A stretch of 61,269 nt of DNA, the filler included, from Squatina squatina (lineage: Eukaryota), in the NCBI GenBank assembly GCA_031763465.1. It is 4 parts of 4 records of this genome, joined end to end, with 100 filler letters (N's around TTAATTAATTAA, not from the genome) between each part and the next. Parts side by side here need not be neighbours in the genome. Positions count along the whole stretch, not along the records: positions 15,618 to 34,327 come from JARFOE010000168.1; positions 34,428 to 46,896 come from JARFOE010000073.1; 2 more parts are not named here. One strand, given 5' to 3'. Under the pieces are notes generated by a model, which was not told where the DNA came from, did not search any database, and saw nothing but the letters and a program-made list of their open reading frames with translations. Within the stretch, counting starts at the first letter, position 1. Every line of letters starts with the position of its first letter. The position numbers were made by a program, and so were the translations under genes. Positions 25,087-36,510 of the stretch are shown piece after piece.

Positions 25087-25512
25087 GCTCAGTGAGTAGC
25101 ACCCTCACCTCTGGATCAGAGGGATGTGGCCACTCCAGAGACTTGAGCAAGAAATCTAGGCTGACAATCAGCAGTGCTGCACCGAGGGAGTGCTGCACTG
25201 GCGAAGGTGCCGTCTTTTGGATGAGATGTTAATCTCTCTCAGGTGGATGTAAAAGATCCCATGGCACTATTTCGTAGAAGAGCAGGGGAGTTTTACCCGG
25301 TGTCCTGGCCAATATTTATCCCTCAATCAACATAATAAAAAACAGATTATCTGGTCATTATCACAGTGCTGTTTGTGGGAGTTTGCTGTGCGCAAATTGG
25401 CAGCCACGTTTCCCACATTACAACACTTCAAAAAAGTACTTCATTGGCTGTACAGCGCTTTGAGATGTCCGATGGTCATGAAAGGTGCTATAGAAATGCA
25501 AGTCTTTCTTTC
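25087..25512 (+). mobile_element. Near full-length Deu-domain SINE (SacSINE1/AmnSINE1-related)
   Basis: tRNA-like head GCTCAGTGAGTAGCAC. Core GGATGTAAAAGATCCCATGGCAC...CCGGTGTCCTGGCCAA...AAATTGGCAGCC. Tail GAAAGGTGCTATAGAAATGCAAGTCTTTCTTT. Confidence 0.8.
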
Positions 25513-25519
25513 TTTTCTC

Positions 25520-25885
25520 CCCTTAAATGCATCTATACTTTTTGTTCAACCACTCCCTGTGGTAGTGAGTTCCACATTCTCACCACTCTCTGGGTAAAGA
25601 AGTTTCCTGTGAATTCCCTATTGGATTTCTTGGTGACTATCTTATATTGATCTCCTCTAGTTATGCTCTTCCCCACTAGTGGAAACACTCTCCCTGTATC
25701 CACTCTATCAAAACCTTTCATAATAGACCTCTATTAGGTCACCCTTCAGCCTTCTCTTTTCAAGTGAAAAGAGACCCAGCCTGTTCATCCTTTCCTGATA
25801 GGTGTACCCTCGCATTTCTGGTATCATCCTTGTAAATCTTTTTTGGACCCTCTCCAGTGCCTTTTTATAATATGGCGACCACATT
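25520..25885 (-). mobile_element. CR1 ORF2 C-terminal fragment
   Basis: WSPYYKKALERVQKRFTRMIP...LGLFSLEKRRLKGDLIEVY and NFFTQRVVRMWNSLPQGVVE. Confidence 0.88.
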
Positions 25886-28004
25886 GTGGAGCCAAAGGTC
25901 ATATCTGCTTGTCGTAGGCAAGAACTACTACTGTATTTCTCTGCTGCAGTTTTTTCATGTAATCCATCTTCTTTTACTACATTTAATCTCTGACTTTTCT
26001 GTCGTTTCAAACTAATTTGAAGTTACAGAAAATGGCCATGAATATTAGAGGCCTGTTTAATTTTATAAAATTTCAGTTTGGCAAGTTACTACAGTTCAGG
26101 GACTGGAAAGTCGATGAGACAGTGTTCCAATCAGTGGTGACATGATGAATGATTTGGACAGGGAAGGTTAGCATGTTTTAGATTCATTTTTAGGTTCAGA
26201 AAGATGCCAGTACAATAGGATAGGAGGAAAAAGAAAAACTGAGGCAAAAATATAGCAGGGAAGCTGAGTAAAACCTGCTTTTTATATAAATATATATATA
26301 TTATTGCTATTTAAAGTCTGCATGATGCCCAGCGACATATCTTTCCCCACTATAAATAGAAACTTTGACTCACGTAATTCCCTCAAAATAGGTGGGTGCA
26401 AAATAAGGACTTGGTCTTTGAAATTGTAAGTACATAGAGAATCCTAAAATGGCTGCATCACACATTTACTGCAGTCAAAGCATAACATTACAAAGGGATA
26501 TCGATAGATTAAGTGAATGAGCAAAACTGTGACAAATGGATTTTGGCGTAGGCAAATGGGAGGTTTATTCAACATCGAGTTCAACAATTTCAGACCATAA
26601 CCTNNNNNNNNNNNNNNNNNNNNNNNNNNNNNNNNNNNNNNNNNNNNNNNNNNNNNNNNNNNNNNNNNNNNNNNNNNNNNNNNNNNNNNNNNNNNNNNNN
26701 NNNATCAGGGGTCGAGCCCCGTTTGTATCGAATTATTATCGTGCAGCTCCAATAAAGCAGACACTGGCTGTCCGTTTGCTGCAAGTGGTCGCCTCTGTCC
26801 TCAGTCAATGCAGCGAACAAGTATTGAAAATATATTAACATTTGTAGAAAAAAAATAATTTTGAAAAACTGACTGGAATTAAAGATTTAAAACTTCACGC
26901 CGTCTAATTATCTGTTAGGATTTACCATAAAATGCACATACATTCATTACTGTGTCGGTGGTTCTAATCGCCAGTTATTGATATTGTAACATGTATTTCA
27001 CTCTATATAGCAATGTGTTTCTTTCCCCCTCCCTCCAAAAGCCTGACCTCATGGTGACTGCAAAAGCACCAGCGGCCAAAACTCTCCTTGTACGGGCTAA
27101 CTCCCAGACCAGATAGTGACTGCAATAATTATCACTTGTGTGAAAGCTTGGACGGGCGCTATACGGTTTCAGGAGCCCAGCTGTGATTACACCGATTTAA
27201 CTGGCTCCGCACATTCTTGCACTATTTCAGACCATCCCTGAATTAAATGCTTTCAACCATCTGATCAAATGGCGAGCTTCTCTTCCGCATTGCTTAAAAC
27301 ACACACACACGATGCTCTGATCTGCATTTGCACGTTAATTGTCCATAAACTCGCCACAGAAAGTTCAGTCCAGTGATGAATATGGAACCCTTTTATTGAT
27401 GTGATAATTATTACTGACTGCCGATCAACCTCTCTGGCCTGGAAAGTGAACAATTAAAACAGCCGAGTCCCGCTCCTTCATAGAGTTGGAGATTTTAAAA
27501 ATGTCAAATTTTACGTTCATTTTTCTTACATTTGCTTGCTGTTTCTTTTCTCTCTCGTAGTCCAATCTTTCTTTCCTTCTCTTTACACTTTTTCTGTACC
27601 TGATTTGACATTGATTCCGCCCGCTCCAATTCACCGTCCTTCTCAACCCTTCNNNNNNNNNNNNNNNNNNNNNNNNNNNNNNNNNNNNNNNNNNNNNNNN
27701 NNNNNNNNNNNNNNNNNNNNNNNNNNNNNNNNNNNNNNNNNNNNNNNNNNNNTTGAACTGAGGTAAAACTCAGTGCAGACCAAGGATCAAATCTGGGTCG
27801 AGCCACAGCTTTGTAGAGCTCAGTACTACACCGGGAAATGAATGTGGGATAGAATCAGAAGACTTCAGCAACTGATGAAGGGACGATGCTTCAGGTTGTG
27901 CGAATGGTTTGGGACCAATGCAAACTTTGTACTTGTAAAGTTCTTTTGAAAATGTTACTTTATTTCAAACGCACTCATTCCCAATCCCTGTGTTTATGTT
28001 GCAG

Positions 28005-28030
28005 AGTTTAAGGCCATGGTCAAGGCATAA
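28005..28030 (+). CDS. Parvalbumin (beta lineage), last coding exon
   Basis: tgtgtttatgttgcag|AG TTT AAG GCC ATG GTC AAG GCA TAA gives (E)FKAMVKA*. The phase-1 split Glu codon and exon length fit parvalbumin terminal exons. It lies between LMTK2 and CCZ1, where OCM/parvalbumin genes sit in other vertebrates. AATAAA at 28256-28261. The match is short and the other exons are not visible. Confidence 0.72.
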
Positions 28031-29659
28031 AGAACTCACAGATGGTCACCCTTTCAATGCTGAGCAGTTCAGACACCTTTACTAACATCTCACATAGCAA
28101 GCACATTTTTATTTATACATTTTGATACAGTTGAATGGCATTAATCAATGTCTAAATGTCGTTTCCTTTGTTGAAACTTTTTAACGGAACTTTTTCTGTG
28201 CAGGTTAATGGATATTTATTGTGGAAAAAGCCTCAAATCGCCAAATTCCCCAAATAATAAAGATCACTATTGAAAATAATTTTCCAGGCTGGTTTATTTG
28301 TTTCCTAAATGCATTTCTAACGTAGTGTTTGGGAAGATAGGCAAGCAGAACTTCAAAGAGAAATAGCCTTAAAGGGATTAAAGATTATAGGGACATGCCC
28401 TTGATGGTTTGAATGAAGAGGTTGAAATCAAGGTAATTAATTTTTAATCACCATGGTTATTAAAGCGAGAAGTAAATAGAAATATTATTTTCTACAAGTG
28501 ACAGACCACCTTCCTATAGTCTCTCCTTCCTGCTTCATTGTCAAAAGCTCTGCTATAAATATGTGCGATCAAAGATGAAACTTTCATTAGAAGTTGCAAC
28601 CAAGAATGGAATGAGTCGTTGTGCTTGCCAAAAAAAGAGGCGGGGGCAGTCCTAGTGCGAGTTTAAAAGTTCTACAACTGCCCCTCCCGCTCCCCCCTTT
28701 TACTTTCAGGACCCCATCGTCAAACATTAAATCAGTGAGACTGGACATGCAACTGGAGATGGGAATACTGGATCTGATTAACCATTGCTTCACTACCTTC
28801 CTTGAGACCTTCACACCTCCGTAATTCCCCAGCGCTGATCCCAGGTAGCAAGCTGAGCAGTTAAGCTCCTTCCCTCTTCCTTTGCCAGCGTTGGTAGACG
28901 AAGATTCGGATGCTTTGTTGACCACGTTCTCGAGAATCATCTCCGGCACATATTGACCACTGAAAGAGGCTGAAGGATTTAGTGACCTGTGCCAGAACCT
29001 GGGCCAGATGAGCTGTCACCTCCAGTCATTCAGAGCAGAGTATAGAGGTCCGCCCTTGTTTCTATATACCACTGCCTTGCATATAATGTCACAGAATATT
29101 TCTGCCCTAACGCTGGTATTTGAAAACACCAATATACAAACAAAGGGTTCCCTAAACTAAACATCGGAAATTTTTAAAAATCACTAATAATTTCATAATC
29201 ACAAAATATACACTATGGTGGCTTCACATCAAAGTGTAATTCATTGGGCCTGTGGGACAGCTTGAGAATGTGGTAATCCGCTATGTAAATGCAAGCTCTT
29301 TCTTTCCATACACTCACACTTTTATCTAAACCTATTGTGTAGTCTGGCGGCTGTGACGTGGGAATCAATGCTGCATTCCTGCGGCACCATTCCCCCAGCC
29401 ATTAACTTGACTGCAAGAGGCAGTAAGGGAATGGGTCATGCAATTAGATAACCCAGTATAAGATCATGAGTCATGTGATCAAGTTAAAGTAAGTTAGAAT
29501 GAGGAAGAGGATAATTTCATTCCATCATTTTTTACATAAATTCCCTGGAAGCAGGAACCAATTGTAAACTTACTAAATTCTCGGAGGGAGAATTCAAGCT
29601 AGCGAAAGTGATATCTCCTCAAATAGATCGTTCCTCACATGTCAGCTCACTCTTCACCT

Positions 29660-29925
29660 GTGTGGCATCAGTGCTGATCCTATTTTCACCTCACATCCAC
29701 ATCCACACCTCCAGCAGGGGTCAGTAGCAGGAAGATTGGCTTATTTTTACTCCCCACCCTAGCCCAGGGTTGCTGATGCCAGCTGTAGGCACCCTACTCT
29801 GCCCCGCACTCCAACCCTCCCCACCAATGGCATCTGCAGCTGAGATCAATTACTTCAGAACAGGCTAGGATTAAACCCGAGGCTTTCCTGTCTCATAAGG
29901 CTCAATAACCCAGCACATGGTTAAC
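29660..29925 (-). mobile_element. Unassigned SINE-like repeat
   Basis: CCAGCAGGGGTCA...CCCTAGCCCAGGG is related to the reverse complement of 34800-35060 (CTAGGGTTCCTGCCCCTGA...GTGACCTCTGCTGG). Confidence 0.45.
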
Positions 29926-29940
29926 TTGGCCAGTAGGGCA

Positions 29941-30760
29941 ACATAGGAACAGGAGGAGGTCATTCAGCTCCTCAAGCCTGTTCCGCCATTCATTTACATC
30001 ATGGCTGATCTGTATCTTCTCTCATCTATCCACCTTGGTTCCATATCCTTTAATAAGACAAAACTGTGGCAAATAGATTTCAATGTAGGCGAATGTGAGG
30101 TCATCCACTTTGGATCTAAAAAGGATCGAACAGGGGACTTTCTAAATGGTGAAAAGCTAAAAATAGTAAATGTCGAAAGAGACTTGGCAGTCCAGGTACA
30201 TGGATCATTAAAATGCCATGAACTGGTACAGAAAATAATCAGAAAGGCTAATGGGATGCTGACCTTCATAGCGAGAGGATTAGAGTACAAAGGGGTAGAA
30301 GTTATGCTGTAGCTGTACAAAACCCTGATTAGACCACACCTGGAGTACTGGAGTAGTTCTGGGCACCACACCTCAGGAAAGATATATTGGCCTTGGGAGG
30401 GAGTGCAGCGTAGGTTTACCAGAATGATACCCAGACTTCACGGGTTAAGTTAGGAGGAGAGATTACACAACTTAGGGTTGTAGTCCCTANNNNNNNNNNN
30501 NNNNNNNNNNNNNNNNNNNNNNNNNNNNNNNNNNNNNNNNNNNNNNNNNNNNNNNNNNNNNNNNNNNNNNNNNNNNNNNNNNNNNNNNNGCGATGCATTT
30601 AAAAGGAAGCTGGATAAGCACATGAGGGAGAGAGAAATAGACGGCCAGGTTGATGAGGTGAGATGAAGAGGGGTGGGAGGAGGCTCGTCTGGAGCATAAA
30701 CACCAGCATGGACCAGTTGGGCTGAATGGCCTGTTTCTGTGCTGTACATTCTATGTAATT
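29941..30760. mobile_element. CR1 cluster: minus-strand tail (29941-30053), plus-strand RT fragment (30055-30489), plus-strand tail (30590-30760)
   Basis: KLWQIDFNVGECEVIHFG...ERDLAVQVHGSLK...KANGMLTFIARGLEYK, LYKTLIRPHLEY, and two CR1 tails. Confidence 0.85.
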
Positions 30761-30807
30761 CTCTTGCTGCTGCCCTTTAGCACTGTAAATCTTTGCTTGT
30801 ATTTCAG

Positions 30808-30855
30808 GACACAGTGTATGGGGCCGTGATCCAGCAGTGTTACTGTATGTACAAG
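30808..30855 (+). CDS. CCZ1: Vacuolar fusion protein CCZ1, internal exon
   Basis: ttgcttgtatttcag|48 nt|gtgatg. DTVYGAVIQQCYCMYK versus recalled human DKVYSSVLRQCYSMYK. Confidence 0.9.
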
Positions 30856-30959
30856 GTGATGTGGATCGGCTATTTCCCATGCATTTTTCATCTTCTCGTT
30901 TCCTTTTCTGACCAACTTTCCTCGCTTAACGTTCGTTTCTGGTTTTCCCGCATGTTCAG

Positions 30960-31043
30960 CTCTTCAATGGCACCTTTACAAAATCCCTGGAAGCTGGAGG
31001 CGTGGATCAGCTGCAACAAAGGATCCAGAAGTTTTTCTACAGG
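30960..31043 (+). CDS. CCZ1: Vacuolar fusion protein CCZ1, next internal exon
   Basis: Follows a 104-nt GT-AG intron, 84 nt, donor gtagga. LFNGTFTKSLEAGGVDQLQQRIQKFFYR versus recalled human LFNGTFLKAMEDGGVKLLKERLEKFFHR. Confidence 0.92.
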
Positions 31044-31051
31044 GTAGGACC

Positions 31052-31950
31052 CTTGATTTATAACTCACTGGTGAGGCCCCAGCTGGAGGATCGTATCCAG
31101 TTCTGGGCTCCACACTTTAGGAAGGACACCAAGGCCTTGGAGAGGGTGCAGAGGAGATCTACCCAGAATGGTTCCAGAGATGAGGGACTTCAGTTATGTG
31201 GAGAGACTGGAGAAATTGGGATTGTTCTCGTTGGAGCAGAGAAGGTTGAGAGGAGCTTTAATGGAGGTGTTCAAAATCATGAGGGGGTTTTGATAGAGTG
31301 GATAGAGGGAAAGTGTCCACAGTATCAGGAGGGTCGGGAACCAGAGGGACAAGGATTTAAGGTAATCGTCAAAAGAGCCAGAGGGGAGATGTGGAGATAT
31401 TTTCACGCAGTGAGCTGTTGTGATCGGGAACGCGCTGCCTGATAGGGCGGTGGAAGCAGATTCAATAGTGATATTCAAAAGGGAATTGGATAAATAGTTA
31501 AAAAGGAAAAATTTGCAGGGCTAAGAGGAAAGAGCAAGGGGGAGTGGGACTAATTGAACAGCTCTTTCANNNNNNNNNNNNNNNNNNNNNNNNNNNNNNN
31601 NNNNNNNNNNNNNNNNNNNNNNNNNNNNNNNNNNNNNNNNNNNNNNNNNNNNNNNNNNNNNNNNNNNNNGCACACGGGGGCAGGACCTTAAAATTAGAGC
31701 CCGGCCGTTCAGGGGTGATGTCAGGAATCACTTGTTCACACAGAGGGTGGTGGGAATCTGGAACTCTCTCCCCGCGCCCCCACCCCCAAATAGCTGCTGA
31801 GTCTGGAGGGTTAATTGAAAATTTCAAAACTGAGGTTGATAGATTTTTGTTAGACAAGGGTATTAAATGAAACGGAACGAAGGCGGGTAGATGGAGTTAC
31901 GGTACGGATCAGCTGATCTAATTGAATGGGGGAACAGGCCCGAGGGACTG
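31052..31950 (+). mobile_element. Two CR1 3' fragments on either side of a gap
   Basis: YNSLVRPQLEDRIQFWAPHFRKDTKALERVQRR, later ENFKTEVDRFLLDKGIK and a CR1 tail. Confidence 0.85.
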
Positions 31951-32029
31951 AAGGTGGGGGCATCAGTACCTAGGAGATCCCAACACTCCCGTCCCAACAT
32001 TTACCTTGTTTTTCCGACTCTCCTTCCAG

Positions 32030-32085
32030 AGGAAGTTAAGAAACTCTGCGCGACTCAGTTTAACAACATCTTCTTCCTGGATTAA
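32030..32085 (+). CDS. CCZ1: Vacuolar fusion protein CCZ1, last coding exon
   Basis: ctctccttccag|AG GAA GTT... gives (E)EVKKLCATQFNNIFFLD*, matching the recalled CCZ1 C-terminus. Confidence 0.93.
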
Positions 32086-32410
32086 CCGTCACTCAAGCTC
32101 GCCGCCTGTTGTGGCTACGGGTACGGGACAGACACATGGGTGGCCGTTGGTCACCCCGCCAGCACAGGAAGTAACCGTACAATGCTGCGTGTGGCAAACT
32201 CGTGCTCTTCACTCCGCCAGTGGCTAGTGCGGCGTACTCGCTAATGCTGCTTGGTCTCAGAAGGCAAGGCCCCACCCCATCTCTGCATTCAGAGGGATTT
32301 TCCATGGAATGTAAGATAATTAGATTTTAAATATTTATGGTAACTGAATTAAAAGAATGTCGACTTTATCATTCCAATCTGTAATATATGGCAAGCCTGT
32401 ACTGTATAAA

Positions 32411-32416
32411 AATAAA
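32411..32416 (+). promoter_or_regulatory. Candidate polyadenylation signal of CCZ1
   Basis: AATAAA 325 nt after the stop codon, with GT/T-rich sequence at about 32455-32485. Confidence 0.55.
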
Positions 32417-33100
32417 TTAACAGTAACATTTGAGTGAGATTTTAACTTCATTCCGATTGTGTCTGTGTATTTTTGCTTTATTTGGACATTTTAAAGCTAG
32501 GTCTTCTGAAGAAAAAACTCTATTGTACTGATGTTGTTTTTGGTCATTCTTAACATTATAGTCCACAAATAAGAAAGTGAGCACCTGCATTCAGAATTTA
32601 AATTAAAATATACTTAATATGATTACAGTATTAATTTCTGGCATTCGATTATTGATTAAGGCCCCATAGACCTACAGTGATTACCAACAATCTTCAATCT
32701 TTATGGAATGCCATCATGCATTCACTAAAAGGAGTATCCTCATCCTCAATATCTGTATGGCACCCACTGTGGACAAAACAAGACTAAAAATAGATTAAAA
32801 CCATTGTAAAATAACAACTTCATGAGGAAATTTCAAGCCTGTATACTCATTTTAGAGCTTTTGTTGATGACATCTTCTGAACCTATTGATTAAATGATTG
32901 GTTTGCAATCATTGTCAGATCTATGTTAATGTTTAGAAGTATAGCCAATTAATCAATGGAACTGCAAATTATTTGGTTATGCAATTAGGCTCTATGACAA
33001 NNNNNNNNNNNNNNNNNNNNNNNNNNNNNNNNNNNNNNNNNNNNNNNNNNNNNNNNNNNNNNNNNNNNNNNNNNNNNNNNNNNNNNNNNNNNNNNNNNNN

Positions 33101-33436
33101 CACAGCAAGCTCCCTCATACAGCAATGTGATAATGACCAGATAATCTGTTTTTAGTCGTGTTGATTTTTAGGGATAAATATTGGCCAGGACACCGGGGAT
33201 AACTCCCCTGCTCTTCTTCAAAATAGTACCCTGGGCTCTTTCCTGTTCACCTGAGAGAGCAGATGGGATCTTGGTTTAACATCTCATCTGAAAGACAGCA
33301 CTTCCAACAGTGCAGCGCTCCCTCCAGAGNNNNNNNNNNCTGCTCTGGAGTTTCAGCCTAGATTTTAGTGCTCAAGTCTCTGAAGTGAGAATTGAACCCA
33401 GAGGCGAGAGTGCTACCAACTGAGCCACGGCTGACA
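33101..33436 (-). mobile_element. Deu-domain SINE (5' two-thirds)
   Basis: Reverse complement of the 25087 copy, including the tRNA-like head (GTGCTACCAACTGAGCCAC). Confidence 0.8.
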
Positions 33437-34371
33437 ATAAGTAAACTATTAGCCTGTCAGAGCAGTCGATAAACACCTCATGCCCATGTGTTGGGAATCC
33501 TCTGGTCCCTTCTGGCTATGAACACAGGATGACAATAAATACAGAAGGAGACACAGTCAGTCAGCCATTAACAGCTGTGAACAAGTTGTACTAATTGAAC
33601 TAAATGACTCTGATCATAACTGTTCTCTGTATGTTCAGTTATAAAATACAACAGTGTAATGATTCTATCATCCTACTACGTGATTTCTCAGAGCGCCTTC
33701 GAAAAGATTGAAGAAACAGACATGCAAAAAACACAAATATCTGGTTCAGACCACAAACCATCATTATACCTCTGCTATCTCTGGTATGCTATCATAAGAG
33801 TTAGATATTGGGGAGTACGGAGCACACCCCTAAACATAAGATGCTCAGACCACTGTACCTAAGATAATACCCAAGACAAGACCCTAAAATAGTATCATAA
33901 CAATATCAGTCAGTTATTAGTGATATTCCTTAATATAATATTCTATCATGAGATATAACACTATGGCACAGACAAGACTATGAGTGTACCTTGAGCATCC
34001 ATATGAAGTGCCTCATTGTCATGATCTTGGTGTTGGGTGGCCTACGGTTTTGTTCACAGTAAACTCTGTAAATCTCCCAGCATTTACTTACATAGCCAAG
34101 TGTGATTATAGTGCTTTGCCGTTCTTGAAACAAATTCCCTGCATTAAACAGGAACCCATCAGGATTCAGTGGACAAATGGAAAACAGTAAGGTTGGCTAC
34201 ATTTGTCATTTAACATCCTAATTTCCCCTTTTAAATATTGCTCATTACTATGCATCTCCCTTTCCATCTAACTGCTTTATTGGGATACCAAAGTAATAAC
34301 AATGTGATCAACTATTCATAAGAAAGTNNNNNNNNNNNNNNNNNNNNNNNNNNNNNNNNNNNNNNNNNNNN

Positions 34372-34383
34372 TTAATTAATTAA
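34372..34383. other. Artificial assembly linker inside an N gap
   Basis: TTAATTAATTAA centred in a 100-nt gap. Confidence 0.92.
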
Positions 34384-34794
34384 NNNNNNNNNNNNNNNNN
34401 NNNNNNNNNNNNNNNNNNNNNNNNNNNTGGTCTGTGAATGTATGTATGTGAAACTCAGTTTAAGCTTTTACAGTGAATAAAGAACACACGACATGCTTAA
34501 ATGCCTCCTTCAAGAAATTAGGTTGGTTCGAGTTCATGTAGAGGAAATCATGCACACTTTGAGGAAATAGGCTTGATGGGCCAAACTGTCTTTTCTAATT
34601 CCATACTTTATATTTTTCAGCCAACTCCAATTAATTGGATATTCTTCAGCCCTGAGCCTGTTCTCATCCTCTAAACTCCTTCCTGTCATAATCACCAAAT
34701 TGACTGTCAAAACATGGAATAGAATATACCAAAGCTATTGGAATGGACGTGCTCCCTACAAAATACAAAACAGCACTGCATTACAGGTGCATTC

Positions 34795-35065
34795 TGATGG
34801 CTTAGTAGGTAAATTTGTAGGCTGGTGCAATCTTGAGCCATATTGATTAGAAAGACCACAGGTTGAATGGAGCTAGAAGCAGCTAAAATTGGCCACAATG
34901 ACCCTAGGCTACGACTGAGAAAAAAAATAATCTAGGGTTCCTGCCCCTGACTGCTAGCCAGTGACCTCTGCTGGAAAGTTGGGTGAGGACTGGATTGTAC
35001 TTGCTATGCCAGCCCTTTCCCCATTGTTGAACATCTTGCAAACATTCACTATCAAGTCTCACACA
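34795..35065 (+). mobile_element. Unassigned SINE-like repeat
   Basis: Related to the reverse complements at 29660-29925 and about 48686-48900. Confidence 0.4.
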
Positions 35066-35889
35066 TTATATCAACTGGAGGAGAAAAAGTGAGGCTGCGG
35101 GGGTGGGGCCATAGAAGGAGGAGAATACTAAGCATCTAAGTAACCATTTGAACCAGTATGAATTTCATTGGGATTGCTGTCAGAGCATTAGAAGTGTAAT
35201 TACCTGAATTTGTGTTGTTTCTTTGCAAGCAGTCAATTTTGAAAGCTGCAAAAACTAAATACATCTAGATCTGATTTGTGTAGGCCCAAGTAGAGGCCCA
35301 GATTAATTTCTACCACAATATTTGTTTACATATTCACCAATGCTCTTTCTAACTCATAAGACATAAAATGTCCACTTAATCCCAATGGGGTGACAACTCT
35401 TTCACCATTAGGTAGAGATGGTCATCAGAACTGAAATCCTTTGGTGATGAAGGTTGGGATCTGGGATGTTGCCTTTACTTTTCTATGTTCCAAGTCCACT
35501 ATTATACAACAGGTACAAGTTTGAATTTGGTGCCTTATTACAGCAATGTAGAGCTGGCAGATCCAGGTTAAACTGTTGGCTCTGTATTGTGTAGTAAGCG
35601 AAAGCAGAGCTCACTAACATATAGATGTTGGTTAAAGTTTGAGTGTTAGCGACAACAGCTGGCTCTGCTTAACATTACAAAGGGAAAAATGATGTCAAAT
35701 TGCCTGGGAACATTTTAAAGTTTGCTGTTGATGTTCTACTACCTTAAAGAAGAAAGACAGAATCATTCACAGTTAATCAAAGCTAACCCACTGTGAAATA
35801 CTTTTTGCAGTGAAAGACTCATCAATTAAGCAACAAGGTGACTTCTTGGGTACCAGACAAGCAACTCCTTCAGAACAAGCTGGAAACAG

Positions 35890-36510
35890 GAGACTTTAAC
35901 TCTCTCCGCCTGGCAGAAACAGGGCTTGTAGTGGAGTTGAAATTGAGGCGGCCGACTTATTCCCACTTGTTTCCATTCCTGCTCTGCCTCCATTTTTCCC
36001 GAAGCCATCCATTGGGCGGCCCAGATGCCTGCCTGAATCAGGTGGGAGCTTCACTAATTTGTGAAAATCGGAGTCCTATGATATAAATAAGACCCCAAAA
36101 CAATTTGAAAAACCTACTGGAAGGAGCATACACGGCCTGCTCGGTGAAACCTAGCAGGCACGAGGAACAGGCCCGAAGAAGTAAGCATTAAACCTATTTT
36201 TGCGGGGCCTGGAGGAGCAGGAGTGCTCCACAAGAATATTGTGGGCCACTGCTGCCCCATGTTTCCACCCCAGCCCCCAACAAGTGCACCCCTTCACACC
36301 ACCAGACCTACCTTTCTGCCAGCTGGGTTTGCATCTGGGCTGATCCAGAGTCAGCAAGCTGCAGCAGGATGCCCCTTCAGAGCAGCCAGCTCGCCGAACG
36401 TACACTAATGAAGCTCGGCCCTTGAAATGGACGGGCCCTCCCACCTGCGGGATTTGGCGGCCAATCCAACCTGTCTGCCGGCCATCTGCCTGATGGTTAA
36501 AATCTACCTT
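35890..36510. mobile_element. GC-rich MITE-like element
   Basis: Termini GAGACTTTAAC and GTTAAAATCTACC. Core GGAGGAGCAGGAGTGCTC is shared with about 7775-7800 and 37750-37780. Confidence 0.5.

Noticed and set aside
27872-27910. CTGATGAAGGG, a possible hammerhead core
   Set aside because: No stem II closed by GAAA follows.
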